From NCBI GenBank assembly GCA_013239625.1, contig MU053559.1, positions 2,400,324 to 2,464,323 of the forward strand: 64,000 bases of DNA. Direction: 5' to 3'. The notes beneath the pieces were generated by a model. The model did not search any database, was not told the origin of the DNA, and saw nothing but the letters and a program-made list of their open reading frames with translations. Both the position numbers and the translations under genes were made by a program. Shown here piece by piece: positions 22,461 to 35,710 of the stretch (the first letter of the stretch is position 1; each line of letters opens with the position of its first letter). The DNA is from Lama guanicoe (Eukaryota).

Positions 22461-23370
22461 AATCTCCTCCAGAGAGGCTGATGCAGGGACAAGCTGCACA
22501 CCATAGGCTGGTGTTTTCAAGTTCTAAGATGGGTACCAGTAACAGATGATTCATCCTGGGAAGAAGCAGACTTTTGAGCAGGATGCAGGGATTCACTTTG
22601 TTTTAAGGGAAAACTTTACTTTTAAAAAAATCTTGGCTGCATTAGAACTGTTTATCCTAATATATACACAAAGGTCCCTTTTTTCACAGAAGGAAAATCT
22701 CCAGGGCGATACCAAACAATGAATTTTGTTTCTGGAGAAGAATGATTCTTGTCCTTGAGTAAAGGGGATTCAACTTGTTAAAGTTAATGAAAATTTGGGC
22801 TTCAGTTTACTGAGAAATCAGAGTTCCTCTTAATAGCTGTCAAGGCCAATGATGTTGAAAAGAAGGGAGTAGAAAATACGGGGAGTGATAAAGGAGGTGT
22901 AGATGGGATGTGAGGAAGTCTGAGAGGGGAATTAGAAGGGGATCCTGAGTAGGGAGAGAGATCAGATTGTGGGACCACTGTCTGGGAAATGCAGGGAGTG
23001 CTGGCTGAAAAGTTGATATCTCAGGACCCATTATGGATCTGAGACTTTGAGAGAGAAAAATATTATACAGACAATTCCTGGGCTTTTTAGATTTGTAGGT
23101 GAAACCTACAGTCTATTTACCACCTAAATATGATGCCTGGCACAGATCAAGCAAAGAAATCCCAAATTCGTATTCATCTACTATTTTTGTAAACATCCAC
23201 TAAGTGTCTAGATCATTTACCTCAGTCCTGTTCATAATCTCTTGCTTCGTTTTCTGCTATATGTCAAACAGCAGAGCCCTCTCTGTAGAAAGCACACCTG
23301 AAGATTTGGTTGTCTGCTTCCCAGAGCTCTAAGATGGTAAAATAATCACTTCTTTTGCATAACTTCAAGG

Positions 23371-23519
23371 GGCCATCATTTCCTCATTTGCAAAATGAAT
23401 GGGGCAAGAAGGGTGTGTGTGGAAGGTTGTGTTGCCCATACTTTGAGTGGGGTGGACAGAATGACCATCAAACCCAATATCTTACAGTCTAGCAAGTTTG
23501 TTGCAGATCAAATGGAAGC
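23371..23519 (-). repeat. Inverted duplication, right arm (149 bp; partly MIR-like)
   Basis: Pairs with 22126-22274; contains MIR-core-like tttcctcatttgcaaaatg. Confidence 0.95.
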
Positions 23520-25024
23520 CTAAAAGGGAGGAAAGCACAGGTATGATTGTTTTAAACCCAAGTCACTGGTGAAGTGTTCCCTGTTCTCTTCCCATCTATA
23601 CTCAGCCTCATTGGTCCAGGCTGCCCCAGTTTCTTAGCCCAGCTAAATGGTTCCCTCTTATTCTCTGTTCTCTATCCCCTTTGTATGTAATCAAAGCAGG
23701 CATCCTTCCATCCTCTAGCCTGATCCTTGCTGCCGTTCTTCATTTTAGATGCTCATTATTTCAGCTGTATTTTCAATGCTCTCTCATTACCCCTCTTATG
23801 TGTCCACCCACATCTCCATCTACAGTGTCTCTAATGTGCTTTCTATCCACTGTAGCTTAATAAAGGGAAATTATGCTAATGTTATTCAAATTTTTAAAAG
23901 GTAAAACCTGTACCATTATTATTCTGTTCCTCTTTCCCTTTTATTTATTCATTTCAAAAGAAAAAGTGTCTAATCATCTGAGAAAATTGTACTTGCACAA
24001 TGTTCACCACTTTTCTATTTTTTTTCCTTCTAATTAAGTAGGTTTTTCCAGTGGAGTTTGGATGCAGTAAGAAAGCTGGTCTTCTGAGTAGATCAGGAAT
24101 TAGGATGCAACTAGGGGCTGGGTCCAAGGCAACTTTAGAGTCAGCTAACAATTTTTATGCCTGGGAGATAACCTGGAAGGCCTGTTGAATGTGCTGTATT
24201 GGGAGTAAGGGACACAATTCCTGCGGACCTGAGTCAGAGGCTTTGTACATAATTAAAGCCTTAGGGACAAACAGGCTGCTTCCATATCAAATACAGTCTT
24301 CAACAAGCAAGGGATCTTTGCTTGCAAATGCCTAGAGGTGGAAAAGTTAATCTTAGTGTCTAGAAGAATTTCTTTGTAGGCATAGCCTAGCTTTGTTGAG
24401 AAGATACTTGGATAAGGATACAGAGAGGGAGGAGAGAGTCTTGAAGATCCAGAGTCCTCCAAGGAGGAGGAGCTAACCAAGAACTGTTTGGGACAAAGTT
24501 TGGGGAAGGAGACAAAGCCAGTGGCTGGAACCTCAAAGAAGAGACTTAGAGGAGAGGTGGTCCTGTTTGGAAATATTCATGTGAAATACTGTGTGTTGTC
24601 CAACCTGCTTTTTCCCTGTGGCCCCACAAAATCTTCCGTAAGACCTAGGAAATACTTGGTATGATTCGCTTTCTTGTAGAGGTTGGTTAAGGGGCCAAGG
24701 TTGCATCAAGTTCAGCTCAGGGAAAAAAACATTCAAGGCTTATGAATGAGGGCTGCATCTGGCATCTGGATTACACAGAGATTTATTTTTCCTTCCTAGG
24801 AGGTGAGTTTTACCATGGTCAAGAAGGACTTTTTAAAGTCTCAATGTATAGATAATGTTATGCTGGGGCCTGCATAATTGAGTCAGATTCACATGGATTG
24901 TGTCTACACCTTGCCAGAACAAACAAGTGATTGCGTTCCACTCTGAGTAAAAGTCAATCACATCAGCTACCTAATCATCAGATGATTGAAAATACAGATA
25001 GTTAACTGAAATTTAACTGGGAAC

Positions 25025-26540
25025 TTGTAGTTTTTGAGGAATTGGTCTATTTCACCTAAGTTGTTGAATTTCTGTGTATAAAGTCGTTTGCGGTATTCTC
25101 TTATCCTTATGAATGGCTGCAGGTGATAGCCAATTTTACTCTTGTTGCTGGTAACTGGATCTTCTCTCTTTTTATTTTCATAACTCTTGGTAGAGCTTTT
25201 GTCAAATTTATTGATCTTTCAAAGAAACAGCTTTTTGTTTTATTGATTTTTCTCTTTTATTTTCTTGTTTTCTAATTCATTGAGTTCTGCTGGTTTATTT
25301 CCTTCCTTCCACTTGTTTTGCTTTATTTTGTTCTTATTTTTTTAGTTTCTTGAAATAGGAACTTAAATTATTTACTTATTTATTTGTTTGCTTATTTTTG
25401 AGTTATAGTCAGTTTACACTGTTGTGTCAATTTCTTGTGTACAGCACAATTTTTCAGTCATACGTGAATATACATATATTCATTTTCATATTCTTTTTCA
25501 CCGTGAGCTACTACAAGGAACTTATACTCTTGATTTGAGATCTCTCTGCCTTTCTAACATAAGCATTTAGTGCTATAAATTTCCCTCTCAGCACTGCTTT
25601 GGTTGCATCAGACGTATTTCAATATGCTGTATTTTCATTTAATTAAATTTCGTTTGAGACTTCCTCTTTAATACATGGGTTATTAGAAAGTGTTTTGTTT
25701 AATTTCCAAGTGTTTGGAGATTTTCCTGATATCTTTCTGTTATTGATTTGTAGTGTGATTCCACTGTGGCCTGAGAACATACACTGTACAATTTCAACTT
25801 AAAACATTTGTCGAGGTTTGTTTTATAACTCAGAATATGGTTTATCTTGATGAATATTTCAGAGGCATTTGAAAATAATGTATGCTCTACTGTTGTGGGG
25901 TGGAGAATTCTATAAATGTGAATCAGATCGTGTTGGTTGATGGTATTATTGAATTCTATATCCTTGCTGATTTTCGTCTAGTTGTTTTATCAGGGCTTTT
26001 GAAGTCTCTAGCTATAATTATGGTTTTGTCTATCTATTTATTCACTTCTACCAATGTTTGCTTCATACATTATAGTAAATATCTTTTATTTATTCATAGG
26101 ATTGGGTATTTGTTCTTTATCTCTTTGATTTCTTACAGTCTCATCAGAGGTCTATAAATTTTATTTATTTCTTCAAAGGGGCATCTTTTGGTTTTTTGGT
26201 CTGTATTTTTCAATTTCATTACTTTTTGTTCTTATTTTTACTTTTCCCCTTTTTATAATTTATTTTTGTTTATTTTACTGAGATCAATTTTCAGCCTTCT
26301 TTTAACATATGCATTTAAAGGTCTAAGTTTTTTATTTAATTTGAAATTTGTGTGAGTTTCAATATACAAAATTTCAGTTATTATTCAGTTTTAAATATTT
26401 CCTAATTTCCATTATGATTTCTTCATTGACCAATAGTTACTATGAACTATATTTCTTAGACTCAAAACATCTTTTTAAAAATTACGTGTAGTTATGTTCC
26501 TGTAAATGACTTCTAAGTTAATTGCATTGTGGTCAGGAAG
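25025..26540 (-). mobile_element. Old L1M ORF2 5'-half fragments (two segments)
   Basis: gaattggtctatttcacctaagttg...tgctataaatttccctctcagcactgcttt...tgtttaatttccaag; second, more degraded segment from ~26075. Confidence 0.75.
25370..25515 (-). mobile_element. Camelid L1 3' tail nested in old L1
   Basis: gagttatagtcagtttacactgttgtgtcaattt...; degenerate TSD aggaacttaaattatt / aggaacttatactctt. Confidence 0.85.
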
Positions 26541-26909
26541 CTCGCATCACCATGAATTGCTGCTCCTCCACCATCTTCTATCTCTATTAGTGGAGTTACA
26601 GTTAACCACCTCTATAATAAATTTTGGATCTGTTCAGAATATCACACTCTCACGTCTATATCCAATCAATCATCAGGCATAAATCTCAAATCTGGACCCT
26701 ACACATCAACCCACCTGCACTGACTTAGTTCAGTTCCTTAGGATCATACAACACACCGCCTTTCATATCTTGCTTTCTCTGGCCTTCCTGGGACCAGTCT
26801 CTTCCTTACTCTGGTCCAAGCTGGCTTAACCGAGGCCATTCCTGGGATGCATCTAGAATGCTGATGACCTGGAACCAAGGTTTTTTCAAGCACAACTGAA
26901 ACACAAAGT

Positions 26910-27120
26910 GATGGACGCAGGGTTCAGTGTTCAACATCTTGCCCTGTCACTTACAAGCTGGATAATCCTGAGCAAATTCCTTAAACTCTAAGCCTATTTC
27001 CTCATCAGCAAAAAGGTGGTAATAATGCTCACATTATAGGATTGTTATAAGAATTAAATTTTAAGTAAATGCAAGTTAGGTGCCTATCACATAGTAGGTG
27101 CTTAATAAATTGTAGCCAGT
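26910..27120 (+). mobile_element. MIR SINE
   Basis: ctgagcaaattccttaaactctaagcctatttcctcatcagcaaaaagg...acatagtaggtgcttaataaat. Confidence 0.8.
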
Positions 27121-27799
27121 AAAAGTAGTAATTGAAATCATAATAGTACCCAGACCTGTCCCAATTTTCACCAATTTCCAGCTGGGAGAAGGTAACGGGA
27201 TTCACCAGAGGATAATCTTCTCCCTTCGTAAAGTTGTCTATTTGACAATAACGACAATAAAGATGACTACCTTCAGGGATATCAAGTCACATTGTTTCCC
27301 TGGCTCTGTGGCACTAAGTGTTTAAAGTATTTAGGTGAACATGAATTTTGCCATATCGCCCAGCTTCCAAAAGTAAGCCTCCAAAAGCAAAGGGTAACTC
27401 ATAAAGAAGGTAGGAGGGAAATAACTGCTTGAACATCAAATACTTTTTACAGCAGCATATTTTTATTAATTAAGTGCAAATAGATCAAAAATACCATACG
27501 GATTAATTTCCTTTTAAGACATAGAACCTTAATAATTAAAGGATAGAGTCTTTGCAAACTTCATTTGTTGTTCTGCCAAAATCTAAAGTGGTATGCAGTA
27601 CCTGGATTCTCTAAAACACATCAGTCTCGCCCAATATTAATCTAGCCCTTTAGAAAGTGCTATATCTTTGTGCCTTTTCCTCGCAAAAGTTTAAAGAAAA
27701 GGTTGCCAAAACACAAAAGTAAGCAAGGAAGTAAGTATAGTTGATAAAGTGCTTTAAAATTTCCATTTAAAGTTTTCTTTAAAATAACATCTCACACTG

Positions 27800-28005
27800 A
27801 GGCTATTAAGCACTTTTTTATGTGGCAGATCTCATGCTGAGCAATTTAGATGCATATGTCAATGAATCCTCACAGCATTCTTGAGAAACAAGTGTTATGA
27901 TTATCTGTACTTTAAAGATGTAGAAATTGAGGCTCCAAGAGATTAGGTAAAATTGTAACAGCTAGGTCTTGAACCCAGGTCAGCAAGACCTTGGCTCTTA
28001 ATTCT
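27800..28005 (-). mobile_element. MIR SINE
   Basis: aatcctcacagc...tttaaagatgtagaaattgaggctc...ttgaacccaggtc. Confidence 0.75.
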
Positions 28006-28707
28006 TAGCCTCTCTTTTAAATGTAATTGTTTCAGTCTGATGGAGCAGTTATTTTTGGTACCAACTTCCCTGTAGAAAGCCCAAGTGAGACCAGTTCTCG
28101 TCTGTCTGTGAAAATTCCTTTGGCCACACAGGTTGGTGTTCTTGATTAAACCTTGCAGCTGGGAACATCTGCCTTGGTGCCTTCCACACCTCCCCAAGTT
28201 CTCTGACTCCCCACCCTGACCCTCATGTTACTGAGGTCAAGTCAGTAAACGAGAAAGTTGCGAAATTTATCAAGTTATTTTAAAAAAAAAACCTGTTCAT
28301 TTTTAACCATTTACAACATTTATAGCCATTCAAATTGGCTGGGATGGTTGCAGCAGCTTTTGGCGATTTTTGTGCAGTCGAGGTGACTGGCATAAAGAGT
28401 TCATTGAGTCTCATTTTAGTTTTTCTGCAGCTGTTTTCCACTGCCTTTCATCGTGGACAGCTAAAGTTTAATATATTCTACATTTTTCAATACTGTGGAT
28501 ATGTGACCTTTTAAATTGAGAATTACTTGTGTATGACAAATTAGAAGTGTTGCTCATATCTCAAATATCAAGGATTTCAGAACCAAGGCAGAGGGATGTG
28601 CTCATCCAACATATTTTAAATGTAGTTCCTAGTATTTTGTAATTATTTTAATTCATACATTTTTAAACTGACTTAATGAAATGAATATTTGCATGTGTTT
28701 TAGGCAG

Positions 28708-29316
28708 TGTCAAGAACTAAGAAATATCTGAGATTTCACTCCACTTGTAATCTAAAAACTTAATCTGTTGCAGGGAGTGTATAGCTCAGTGGTAGAGTAC
28801 GTGTTTAGCATGCGCAAGGTCCTGGGTTCAGTCCCCAGGACCTCCATTAAATAAATATATAAATAAATAAACTTAATCACCTCCCCCCCGCCCCCCAAAA
28901 AATTTACTCTTACACAGTCTCATGGGTGCTAGTGTAAGACACAAGACTCCAAGGTCAGAAGTGAAGTGCAAATTATTACTCAAAGAAACAGCAACAGCTA
29001 GACTCTCAACATTTTAGTGCAAGTTCCCTGTGAGTCCCAATTCCCACAAGATGATGGGTAGAGGGCCAGGTGATACCCCCACACACAGTGGGTTGTATCA
29101 GAGGAGAAGAATTCTGAGTTTAAGGAACCCAAATCTTTTTTAAATGGAAAGTAAACCTCTTTGCCCTTTGCTTAGGAGAGAGACTCTGTTCACTATGCAA
29201 ATATCTTTGAAAAGACAGTCCAGAACAAAGGACCGACTTGTCTTGCTTACGAGATGCTTCTCTTGCTTACAAGATGTACAGAAACATGAGCGAGCCTTGG
29301 AAAATGGTCTCCCAAT
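28708..29316 (-). mobile_element. ERVL solo LTR (MER76-like) interrupted by a SINE
   Basis: tgtcaagaact...tctgagatttcactccacttg...ttgaaaagacagtccagaacaaagg...tctcccaa. Confidence 0.7.
28773..28902 (+). mobile_element. tRNA-Ala(AGC)-derived camelid SINE, long form
   Basis: gtatagctcagtggtagagtacgtgtttagcatgcgcaaggtcctgggttcagtccccag plus extension taaataaacttaatcacctccccc. Confidence 0.9.
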
Positions 29317-30790
29317 GAGCAGATGAAAAGTGCTCAATTTCTGAGATGGGAATCACACAAGAAAATGAGGTTCAGTCGAGTTAGACTCACAAATCTACTG
29401 TAAAATGCCTGTGATAAAATGACTGCGGCAAATTAAAAGTGAAACCCCAGCTTAGCTATTTTAACTAAAATAAAACTTCAAAACAAATCTTCAGTCTCAT
29501 TTGACATAGATTGATAAAAATTTTATCCCAGTAAAGAGAAACAATTCGGTGGGTCGTGAATCAATGATACTGCAATTGGCAGTTTGTCATGTTGGCCATT
29601 CTACAAGTTGAATTGATTTTGGGCAAATAGATCTTTGTTTAAACTGGCCCGCTTCCTGGCCCCACATTCAAGGTCCTATTCCCTATTTGATCTCAATCAC
29701 CACTAAGCTAAGGTGCTAACTGAAAAGAATATCGTTTTTTCCTTTCTCAATAATGCCTGCGTTTTAACAGAGAACTTCACAAATTGGCAAGTTTGACAAA
29801 CTGACAAAATGACTCTGGCAACTCCCAGAATAACTAATCTATATTGTCAAATTTTCTAGCTCTTGACATATGCAAGAGGAGATATTTGGACACATGCTAG
29901 CTTCCCCAAATCTCACAGACCAGAACACATGTGTTAGGTTTTCAACCTGATTGGAGTCTCGAATTCATTGACTTTTCCATCTCAAAGCAAAGGCTCCATT
30001 CTGTTTTTATTTCACTCTTTGTCCGGTTTAGCTCCTTCAGTTCCTTATTATATAAATTCTCTTGCAAATTCTCTCTGTCTCCTTTACTTCTCTCTCCCTT
30101 ACTCCTAATGGCCAGCACTAGAAAATCCCAAATATTTGTCTGCTTTGTGCCATGTCCATGCAGCTGAATTTGGCCAGAGAGTTACAACACTAGACAAATC
30201 AGTATGCCTGTAAGTTGATGGATTCCAACCCCAAGTGGGCATTTAATGACACCAGTACTTTTACCAACGATCATACATTTCTTTCCTAAAGCTGCTTCCC
30301 CACTGCCCACAAGGCTGTTTCGTACTTCGTCTACTCTTCAAATTTCTTATGCCTCCTCCTCTTCCTTAAAAGGACTGCATTATGATTTTTGTAGACCCTA
30401 GACACTTTTGCCTTCATGAGTCTCTTCCTCTTTAAAAAAAAAATTGTAAACCTAAAAATTATGTTTTGCCACTGAGTCGGTATAAAGACAAATATAATCC
30501 CAGCTTGACTCATTATTATATATTCATTGTTACCATATTCGTTTCTTTCCTTCCAATTTCAAAAGAAATTAAAATTAAAACATTTTTCATGGGCACCTAA
30601 AAGTGCTGTGGGTCCCTGTATCTGGTGGCTGAGTCAGTTCGCTCTGCTCTCCAGCATCTCTTTCTCTGGTGGCCTTGATTTTTATTTTATTTAGAAAAGA
30701 GTTCAAAGATTGCTCTTCTTGGAGTATAGATCTTGGGAGTAAAGCCCGTGTAGGAGTTGTGGAAGGGAAGTTGTCACTCGCTATACAATG

Positions 30791-30989
30791 GGGGTTTCTC
30801 AACCTTGGCCCTGTTGAGAATTTAGGGTGGTTGAGTCTTTGTTGTGGGGGACTGTAGGACATTTTACAGCATCCCTGGCCTCTAGCCTCTGAATACCAGA
30901 AGCATCTCCCCATAGGCCAACCAAAATGTCTTCAGACATCACCAAGAGTCCCCTGAGAGGCAAGATAGCCCCTTAGTCGAGAACCACTA
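30791..30989 (-). mobile_element. MER20 hAT-Charlie MITE inserted in an antisense L2 remnant
   Basis: gggtttctcaaccttggc...tttacagcatccctggcctcta...caaccaaaatgtcttcagacat...gagaaccacta. Confidence 0.85.
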
Positions 30990-31489
30990 CTCTACAGGTA
31001 AAAATTGAAGTCGTGGCAGTGGATGCGTTCTCCTTGGGGAAGTGTTTAGAATAAGAAGAGGATAACAGTAGATCCCAACCTGCGAGGGACTAGCTGAAGA
31101 GAAGGAACCACCAGAAAATAGTGGTTTGCTCATAGCCTGGGGTAGACCTGAAGGATTTAGTTAGAAATTTTCAGATGTCTACAACCTCTTAGGGAACCTG
31201 CTGAGTAAGGAATGTGTAGGCCCACCTACTCGGGCCCTCTCAAATATGGGAAAGTTCCCCACCATCAAGATGATTCACTGCATCCCCATGTAAAGATGGA
31301 GAGTTGACGTGGACAACCTCTGAGAATTTGCCTAAAGCCCCTGAGGTTCGGTGAAATAGTTCTCATCGTTACAAATGGGAGCCAGATACTACAAAGCCAT
31401 AGAGCTTCTTGATTTTTTAAACTGAAGGTCAGATCTGTGACCTCTGTGGGCCATATGGAGTTGTGGCAGATGTAACACTTTTTTCCAAA

Positions 31490-31581
31490 TCTTTTTTCCT
31501 CATGGGTGTTACTCCCCCATAAGCCTTTTGCCCTCCTAACTCTATTTTAGCATCTGCTTCTCAGAGAATCCAAACTAACAC
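31490..31581 (+). mobile_element. LTR16-like 3' fragment
   Basis: ataagccttttgccctcctaactctattttagcatctgcttctcagagaatccaaactaaca. Confidence 0.45.
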
Positions 31582-32332
31582 TGGAGTAGAGTTTATTTCT
31601 TCTTCCCACATCGTGGAAAGGATACAAAGTGCATATTATCCTCAGTGCCCACGTTAGTTTTGGTCCATAATCGCATCTATGTACATGAACACACGCTAAA
31701 GTGAATGCATACAGAATACAGCATTTTAATTTACGACCTGTAGCAGAAGTAGGCTTTCAAAAAGGGGAACTGGAGCCCTTCTTTTCTATATTTTACTACT
31801 TACCCTCTTATTTTTTTTCCTCGCATGAGGAGTGTTTAACCTCACTTCTGTTTGATTCTCCTCATGAGATGACTAAACTCACCGCTGACATTCAAGGAAG
31901 ACGGTATTAGCAGTGGCTGAACCAGATCCTGTGGTCCCTCAAGGGTCTCAATGCCTGTTCACTTGAGTGGGGTTAGTTCATCAGTGGTGCAACAAACACG
32001 AGTGTCTGTGTTTGTTTTATTTATATGTGACCCTATACACTGTGGACAGGGTGGACTCATAGAGCCTGTCTATGACCAGAGCTGAAAACTGGCCAGGGAC
32101 ACAGCAGAGCAGTGGACTGTGCTAGGTTTGCATAGCCAAAAGACTCTTTCAACAGGTTACCTTTTAAATCCTTGAAATACCTGGGGACCTTGTGGTTATG
32201 AATCTTATAGTTATAAACAGCAACAAGTATGCTAATCAAAGGACACTCTCTCTGGTAAACTGTCTGCCTTGGGTTTCATTGGCATTTGTTTCAATTGTGT
32301 TTCAAGTGTGCAAGAGACAGACTTCTATGCCA

Positions 32333-32783
32333 TGTTACAATGTTAAGATGGTCCCCATGTTTTCACCCTGTATAATCACCTCCCCTTGAGTGCAGGCAGA
32401 ACTGGAGACTTGCTTCTAACCAACAATCATAAAGATAATGAGATCGTTTCCCTGTGATTACTTTACAATTTGTATAGAACCTTCTGAGCAGACTAGCTCT
32501 CCACTCTCCTAATGACCTTGAAGAAGAAAGGCACCATGAGATCTATAGCCACAGAGAAATAACTCCTTCCAACAACCTAAGGGAACCTGGAAGCATATCC
32601 TTCCCTTGTCAAGCTTCTGATGACAACACAGCCTGGCTGACACCTTGTGACACCCTGAGCAGAGGACCCAGATTTGTGGTGACCAGACTCCTGACTTCTG
32701 GAAACTGTAAGATGATGAATACATATTATTTTAAACTTCTAAATCTGTGGTAATTTGTTCCACAGCAATAGAAAACTAATACA
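32333..32783 (+). mobile_element. MaLR solo LTR (MLT1E-like)
   Basis: taagatggtcccca...ccccttgagtgcaggcag...gcctggctgacacctt...tgtggtaatttgttccacagcaatagaaaactaataca. Confidence 0.85.
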
Positions 32784-34279
32784 AACAGTTGCTTTTAAGT
32801 TATTCTTGCTTTTTTTTCTTTCCTACCTCTGTCAGTATTTATTGGAGGTTATAAATATCATTTTTTGTTTGTTTCAGAATAAGCCTTAAACATTTTTTTA
32901 TGGAAAGGAATAGTATTTTAATCCTTTTCCCCCTCAAACTCATAACAGAGACTGCAAAATAGTCAAATGCTTCCTGTCATGAAACTCTATGTTTTAGTCA
33001 AGTCCAGAAGCTGATTAATCAGAATAAAGCTGACCTTATTCATATTTCACATTGACTTTCAGTTTGGTCTCCGTCTCCTAAATGTTTCATTTGCATTCAA
33101 TGATGAAAAACAAAACAAAAAAGAACCCAGCCCCTCGAAAAAAAAATCTAAATGATATAAAACAGGCTTTGCCTAATGGTTGATTTCAGTTCAAGCCATC
33201 AAATATTTGGGTAATATATGTTCACTGAATTGCCTATTCAATTACATTTCTTAAAGGAAGAGAAGACAATTGAAATGTTTCAAACATTTAAAATGACTAT
33301 ACTAGTGATTATTATAGAAGTAGCTGAGTTTGATTTTAGTGATACAGAGAAGATTAGCCATGGAGAGAAATGTTTTTGTGCTAGCTTTATGGTTTATATC
33401 CCTCAGGGAAGGCTAGCATAAATTATTTTATCCACAAAATCATTTTCTAGAGTGACCTTTTGGTGTATTTGTCTTACTATTCTAGATAATGTGTAATAAA
33501 CACATTGCAGTATTTCTTTACATCATGTAAAGCCCTCTTTGTCATTTGAAAGGAGAAGTATTAGCCAAACTTCACTTGAAAGAGTATGATCTTTCAGCAA
33601 GTAGCAGAAAGGGACATGATGGATGGTATACGTCAAACTAAAGAGGTTTGATATGAATTATAAATGTTTTGCAATATCTTCATACATTTATAAGAGCGAA
33701 TGTCTTATCTCCTTAGTCTGCCTTTTTTCTTTGTTTTTTTAATAGAAACTAGATGGCTTACTATATTCATTTAGAGAAAGTATCTCAACGTGCCCGTAAT
33801 TATAAAATTCCTGGGGAGTGAGTTAGTGTGTATCGGTTAACATTGTCTTTTTATAGCACTTGAGATGCATTCTTCCTTATAAAGGGAAGCATATATGCTT
33901 TAGAAAACTTTTCTTTTTAATGAGAGAAAACTGCAGAGCAAAGAAAATATTGTGCCAAAGAATGGCTTAGAATATAAATTATTTCAGAAAAACTCTAAGA
34001 TGGTAGAGTGGAGGAAACTGACAAGAAAAGGAAATGCTGCTATGCAGTGAAGACCTCTAAAATGGCTGAGAAGTTTAAAGATTTTGGACAGAATCCAAAA
34101 GAGAGAAGATATCAAAGCAAGAGAAGATGGTGCAGATGACTTTTTTTAAAGCTAAAAGAGTAATGATTTCCCCTCCACTGGAGAAGAAATGAACAAATTG
34201 TTTATAGCATGTAGGTAAACATATCAACTATATTACCCTTTTCATACAGTCTAGGAATTCCTTCAAAGACCATTTTTGG

Positions 34280-34387
34280 TTTTTTACTTTCTCTGTGGGT
34301 TTTTTTTTTGCTAGATTTTTAAAATTGAAGTATAGTTGATTGGCAATATTGTGTTAGTTTCAGGTGTACAGCATAGTGATTCAGTCA
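34280..34387 (-). mobile_element. Very short L1 3' tail with TSD
   Basis: attgaagtatagttgattggcaatattgtgttagtttcaggtgtacagcatagtgattcag; TSD tcaaagaccatttt at 34263-34276 and 34388-34401. Confidence 0.85.
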
Positions 34388-34439
34388 TCAAAGACCATTT
34401 TGGATTTAAAGATACTTTAGTAAACACACGTCATAATTT

Positions 34440-34961
34440 GTGGCCATCCAGAACTTTTGAACACCTAAATTTGGAGAACGACCCACCTTATGAGTCCTGT
34501 TTTCCCAGCTGAGAATCCAGAAACTCATCCTTCCAGCCCCCTCGGAAGTTAGGGCATAAACACTTCAGCCCATTAATAGACTCAACCAATGAAGTGCGCT
34601 TAATGAGATTTTAGAGAGACCAATATGAGGAAGCAGACATGGTGGAGACCATTCTCTGAAGGAGGTGATGGCAGATGCAATGGCTTTCAGGGACAATGAT
34701 AACAAGCATCCATTCAGCATCCACTGCCCAGGGTCAATGGGGTAATTCGTGGTGTTTACACCCAGTGGCAGCAACAGTGGAACCCTTTCTGGAGCCATCT
34801 TGAAGTGCCATTTGAGTGTCATCCCTGCCCATGTATCTTCAAGTCTGAGTGTCCAATCCTCTCAGAAGGTCTATTGAGACTTCTCAAAGCTGTTAATAAG
34901 TCTTCTGCTTAACCAACCATAGTGAGTTCCAGTGTTTGTAACCAAGACATCTGACGGATAC
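34440..34961 (+). mobile_element. ERVL/MaLR-type solo LTR remnant
   Basis: Ends in ttctgcttaaccaacc...gtttgtaaccaagacatctgacggatac, typical of MLT1/ERVL LTR 3' ends. Confidence 0.5.
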
Positions 34962-35224
34962 GGTTCCCCTTCTAAACAAAATAGCTATGAAACCCTATGT
35001 ACAAGGGACTCATCCACAGACAGCTTGTCTAAAATTGCTACAGTTTTACTTAATCCAGAGTCAGAAAAAATAGCAACTTAGAGAAGTTTTTTTTGCAATT
35101 CAGTAATATTCCAAAAGATTGAGAACTTGAAATACCTACAAATGAGCACACTAGGATAAAAGATCAATGGAATGCTAAATTTTGTTTTATTAAATGTAGG
35201 AAAATCCATTTTTAAAAATAATGA

Positions 35225-35380
35225 CATATAATCCAGTGGGAGTAAGAAATGAGGGAGGTATAAATGAAACTAGAATCATAGAATGTTGACAACTTCTGAG
35301 TCCGGGTGATGGGTATTCTATTTACTTTATGTGCTTTGAGATTTTTCTTAATAAAAACTTACAAATAAAAAAATTATAAA
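35225..35380 (+). mobile_element. Old L1 3' end fragment
   Basis: ggtataaatgaaactagaat...gggtgatgggtattc...ttttcttaataaaaa. Confidence 0.55.
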
Positions 35381-35604
35381 TTAGTGAGCTGACATTAGTT
35401 GGGAAAAATCCATGCTTCCCTATTTGTCTTTAAAATGAATAAGAGAAGCAAGACTAAATATTGTTGTGAAATTTGGATATCAGTGTTTGCCAAGCAATAG
35501 AACTGAGAAAAAAACTTGTAAAAATAAGAGATAAGGACACACTTATAGTTGATGTGTCCACTTTTTAGGCCAGTTTGGTCCTCAGTTTCCCAGAAATACC
35601 TCAT

Positions 35605-35710
35605 ACAGTCAGTCGACAAATATTTTTATTAGCACCTGCCACATGTTGGTGTTGTTCTAGATACTTGGAATGTGTCAAGAAATAAAATAAAGATCCTTGC
35701 CTTTATGTAA
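35605..35710 (-). mobile_element. L2 3' end
   Basis: gacaaatatttttattagcacctgcc...tgttctagatacttggaat...ccttgcctttatg. Confidence 0.6.
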
